A model generated the notes under the pieces. It saw only the letters and a list, made by a program, of their open reading frames with translations. It ran no database searches and had not been told where the DNA came from. Below are positions 60,652 to 64,000 of a stretch of 64,000 bases of DNA, in pieces; positions within the stretch are counted from its first letter, which is position 1; every line of letters begins with the position of its first letter. Position numbers and translations under genes: made by a program. Where the stretch lies: the NCBI GenBank assembly GCA_965112155.1, contig OZ218114.1; one strand, given 5' to 3'. Source of the stretch: Podarcis liolepis. Taxonomy: Eukaryota.

Positions 60652-62771
60652 GTGAGTCCCCTCGACCCTGTTATCATGGGCAGGGAATGGCAGCTCTCCC
60701 TGAGGCAGCCCAACTCCTGCCCAAGAACCTTGGGGGGATGAGCTCTGAAGGACATGCTCCGATCTCTGCTAATCTCTGCTTGCGGGTGGAGGGAGGTGTA
60801 GCCGTAGAGGAGTGGGCTCTGCCTTCTCAGGGCCAAACTGGGGGAGACCTGGCTCGCTTCTGACTGCCGCTTTCTAAACGCTCTGTCCTTAGGCTCTAAC
60901 CATTATTGCATTGCTTCTGCAGGAACCCAGGCCCGCCACTTCTGGCAGCAAGATGAGCCCCAACAAACCCCCTTGGAGCGTGTGCACGATGCTCTCACCG
61001 TTTACGTAGAAACCATCAGGACTGGTCTCCGTGAAGCCATCACTCAGCTGGATAACTCTGAATGGGGCAAGGAAGTAGAGTGAGTAGCAAATTAGAGGCA
61101 AGCAGGGAATAGACTGGCAGGCTGTAGGCTTTTGGGGTGGCCAAAGCTCCTTCCCCTTTATCTCCTCAGGAGATGGTGCTTCTGCCTCAGGAGGGCTTTC
61201 CATCTGTGCAGTGAGGGAGCGGGGACAGGGAGGAGCGGCTGGCTGGCTGGCTTTGTGGATATCTGTGGAGGCCTTTCCAAACCCAAGTCCCCCAGATCTC
61301 CGTTCACCCTTATGGAACTGTGGTGCAGCACCAACCACCTCCTTCCCCCCCCCAGCTAAAAGCCAGATATTGGGGGGGGGGGTTACATCCATTCTGATCT
61401 CAGGGGCCTTCCCTGGGAGGGACAGCTCCACACAATTTAGAGGGGCTGGATTGCATGACCCTCCTCACCCCACCCCACCCTGGCTGGGCTACTGAACCGC
61501 ATCACAAATTCATAGCTGAAAGAGGAGCCTCAAATATACTTTTTAAGGCAACTGCTAAATAGACATGCCTTGTATGAACCCTATAAACAGATTTTTAAAA
61601 AATTAAATTAGACAACTGAGGTGTGTATGTGACAGGGTAGGGGGAGGAATCCTTTTATAAAGGCTGAGTAGATGCCATATTTTTATCGACACAGCCTTGG
61701 CTCATGTTGGCTGCTGCTGCTATTTGGGCGAGGAGGCAGTTTTGGCAGGTCTCTGTGTTGGGTTCAGACAGCAAAGAGGCTCCTCTTTTGCTGTGACGAG
61801 CTTCTCCCAAGAGAGCATCCCCACTCCAAAGGCAAGACCCAGCTCTGGCACTCAAAGGCATTCCAACATGTTGGAAAGAGCAAAAGACACTAAAACAAAG
61901 TGGCCTCCCCAACACCGATGGCCGGAGCAGAGGGTGGCTTCCTCGCTTCTGCTCCACATTGTATAAAGGGGTAGCAGAGACCCTGACCTTCCTTAGCAGA
62001 ACAGGAGGTCGAAACTGGCTGGTGCTTCTCGAGGAGAGAGGGGCTTCCTTCTTCTTCTGGGCTGGAGTAAGAGGTCTAGGCACCAACTCTGCCCTCTCTT
62101 CACCCACTAACTCGGTCTCCCCATCCTCTCTCTGTAGCCTAAGCCTGGTTCCGAAATTGGACAAGGCGCACCAGATACTAGCTGAGTTGCACAAAGAAAT
62201 AGCCCCCGAGATGGAAGAACTGAAGCAAGAGCTGAAAGTGCACTGGGACAAGGGGATCGAGGAGCTGAAGAAGCACTTGGAAAGCGTGAACGCCAATATC
62301 CAGCCCTACTTTGATGAATTCAGCAAGAAGCTCCACCAGGAAATAGAGGCTCTCCGGGCCAAGGCAGAGCCCATTGAGCAGGAGGTGAAGCAGATTGTGC
62401 GCCAGAACCTGGAGACAATTCAGGAGAAGGTGAGGCCAGTGGCCGAGGAAGCGCGGGACAAGCTGCGGGACCACGTGGACGAGCTGCGTGCCAAGGTGGC
62501 CCCCCACGCCGAAGAGATGCGCCAGAGGCTGAGCCAGAAGCTGCAGGAGATCCGGGAGCAGGGCGCCCCCAAGTTGAGAGAGTTTCAGGCCGAGGCCCAG
62601 AAGCACTTCACTGCCCTGCGGGAGAAGATCGGACCCATGGTGGAGAAGGTGCGTGAGCAACTGCCCACTAGCGTGGAAAGCTTCAAGACCTACGTGGAGG
62701 GTCTCATCGCCAATGTGCAAAAGGCCGTGGAGGAGGAGGTGAAGAAGGGGCAGCAACAGCAGGCCGCCTAG
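60609..62771 (+). CDS. APOA1: Apolipoprotein A-I precursor, join(60609-60651,60923-61079,62138-62771), 277 aa
   Basis: Signal peptide MRAITVTLALVFLTGTQA, propeptide RHFWQQ, mature start DEP, Pro-punctuated 22-residue amphipathic repeats, 43/157-nt coding exons, position downstream of SIK3. Confidence 0.96.
60923..61079 (+). CDS. APOA1: APOA1 exon 3 (TQARHFWQQDEPQQTPLERV...WGKEV)
   Basis: ctgcag acceptor, gtgagt donor, 157 nt. Confidence 0.95.
62138..62771 (+). CDS. APOA1: APOA1 exon 4 coding part (helical repeats)
   Basis: ctgtag acceptor; Pro spacing 33,22,22,22,22,22,10; TAG at 62769-62771. Confidence 0.96.
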
Positions 62772-63103
62772 AGAGAAGCATGGCAGCCCCCTCCTTCCAG
62801 GATCCTGCCTGGACCTTTGGGCCTCCCTCTTCCCTCTGATCAGGGTTCCTCTGAATAAGCACTGCCTCCCCACTTCGGTATTTATCGCTGACCTTTCCCA
62901 CCCCACATTTTGGCACCACAACCCTGGGTGGGTTATGGGGTGTGAGCAGGGAATGGAGGGGTTGCAACTCCTCCCCACGCCCTTAAGACCCCAGCTGGAA
63001 GACCTCAGGCTGGAGTGGAAGAAAACCTAGCTTCTCTCCCCCTCTTCTTCCCACCGCCATCCCCACCTGCTCAGTCCAGTGCCTCTCTCCTTCTCTTTTG
63101 CCG

Positions 63104-63109
63104 AATAAA
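63104..63109 (+). terminator. APOA1 poly(A) signal
   Basis: AATAAA ~330 nt after the stop, GU-rich tgtgtggtgg downstream. Confidence 0.8.
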
Positions 63110-63766
63110 AAGCAACTTTAAGAGATATGGCTATTGTGTGGTGGATGTCTGCTGCCATGAAGGGGGCTGGGAGCTGTAGGGCATGACTGGGGGGGTCAGA
63201 AGGGGGAGGGCAGTGAGAGGTGGGTAGGAATTGAAGCGTTGGCATTTGGGGTGGGTGTGGGGATTCCTTATGCAGGTTTTGCCAGTCCAAAGGTCTCGTT
63301 TCCTCCTGGCTAGTTCTGTGGGTGTCTCCCCACCATGCCCAACGCCTTAGTGGGGGAGGGAGGCCTAGACTAAGAGAGGGTGGGTCCTGAAGGAGAGAGA
63401 GGAGGCTGCTTCAAGTGCCAGGTGTTTTGGGGTTAAAAGATAGAGGGAGTTTTCTGCAGGCAAGGAAAGCTGCCTCAAAGAGGTTCAGGCCATATAGACC
63501 CCTGGATGAACTTGCTAGGGATTCAGCAATGCCCCCATTCAACAGCACAGCTGCCCAGTGCCCCTGCAATCTCTTGGCAAGGCCAAGTGGAAGAAGGGCT
63601 GTCGCCACTGTGTGAGACAGATTTGTGGGTCTTCAGAGTTGCTGCTGTTTATTCCCAGCTCTTGGAATCAAAAATATATCGGGACTGGAAAAACCAGAGG
63701 GAGTTTGGGAGGGGGGCAGAGCCAGGGAAGAAATCCCTGCCGTTTGAGGGCAAAGAGATCAGCCTT

Positions 63767-63769
<3 letters not shown>

Positions 63770-63828
<59 letters not shown>
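63770..63828. repeat. (TC)n(TG)n microsatellite
   Basis: Read directly. Confidence 0.95.
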
Positions 63829-64000
63829 AGAGCCCACCACAAAAATGTACACTCAACTCAGCAGTTTGTTTAAAAAACAAAACAGGGCAGCTAAACCTGA
63901 AAGTGAACAAGTGCCTAGCCAATTATTGCCTTGTCCATTTGGCCTCCTGGTGGCAGTGGCTGCTATGCCAACTGATCTTTGTCCTTAGGTAGCACAGGGC

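Noticed and set aside
60609-62771. Alternative identity as APOA4, APOA5 or APOE
   Set aside because: Length, RHFWQQ propeptide, four-exon layout, promoter and position next to SIK3 all fit APOA1
62178-62978. 266-aa antisense ORF
   Set aside because: Shadow of the codon-biased APOA1 exon 4
63130-64000. 3' end of APOC3 expected by synteny
   Set aside because: No recognisable exon before the window ends

Overview
Vertebrate genomic DNA, almost certainly a squamate and probably a lacertid lizard, inferred from Sauria SINEs and the L1/L2/CR1/hAT repeat mix. The + strand carries exons 2-25 of SIK3 (salt-inducible kinase 3). Exon 1 lies upstream of the window; the 23 coding exons splice GT-AG into one 3774-nt frame ending ...MEQAGV*. 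About 3 kb downstream, on the same strand, is a complete 4-exon APOA1 (277 aa), the same order as at human 11q23. Bases 1-18872 are SIK3 intron 1 and are rich in transposons. Almost all ORFs in the supplied track are noise or exon read-through. I found no wholly new gene system. The best leads concern SIK3 isoform architecture: (1) a candidate alternative last exon in intron 14 that would give a short kinase; (2) a perfect 56-bp copy of the exon-19 end plus donor in intron 17, forming a possible new micro-exon or poison exon; (3) an apparently shifted exon-21 acceptor that recreates a donor-like site; (4) tandem poly(A) sites separating miRNA seed matches. The APOA1 promoter keeps an element closely resembling mammalian site C. 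Exon numbering and all human/mouse comparisons are from memory, not from a search.
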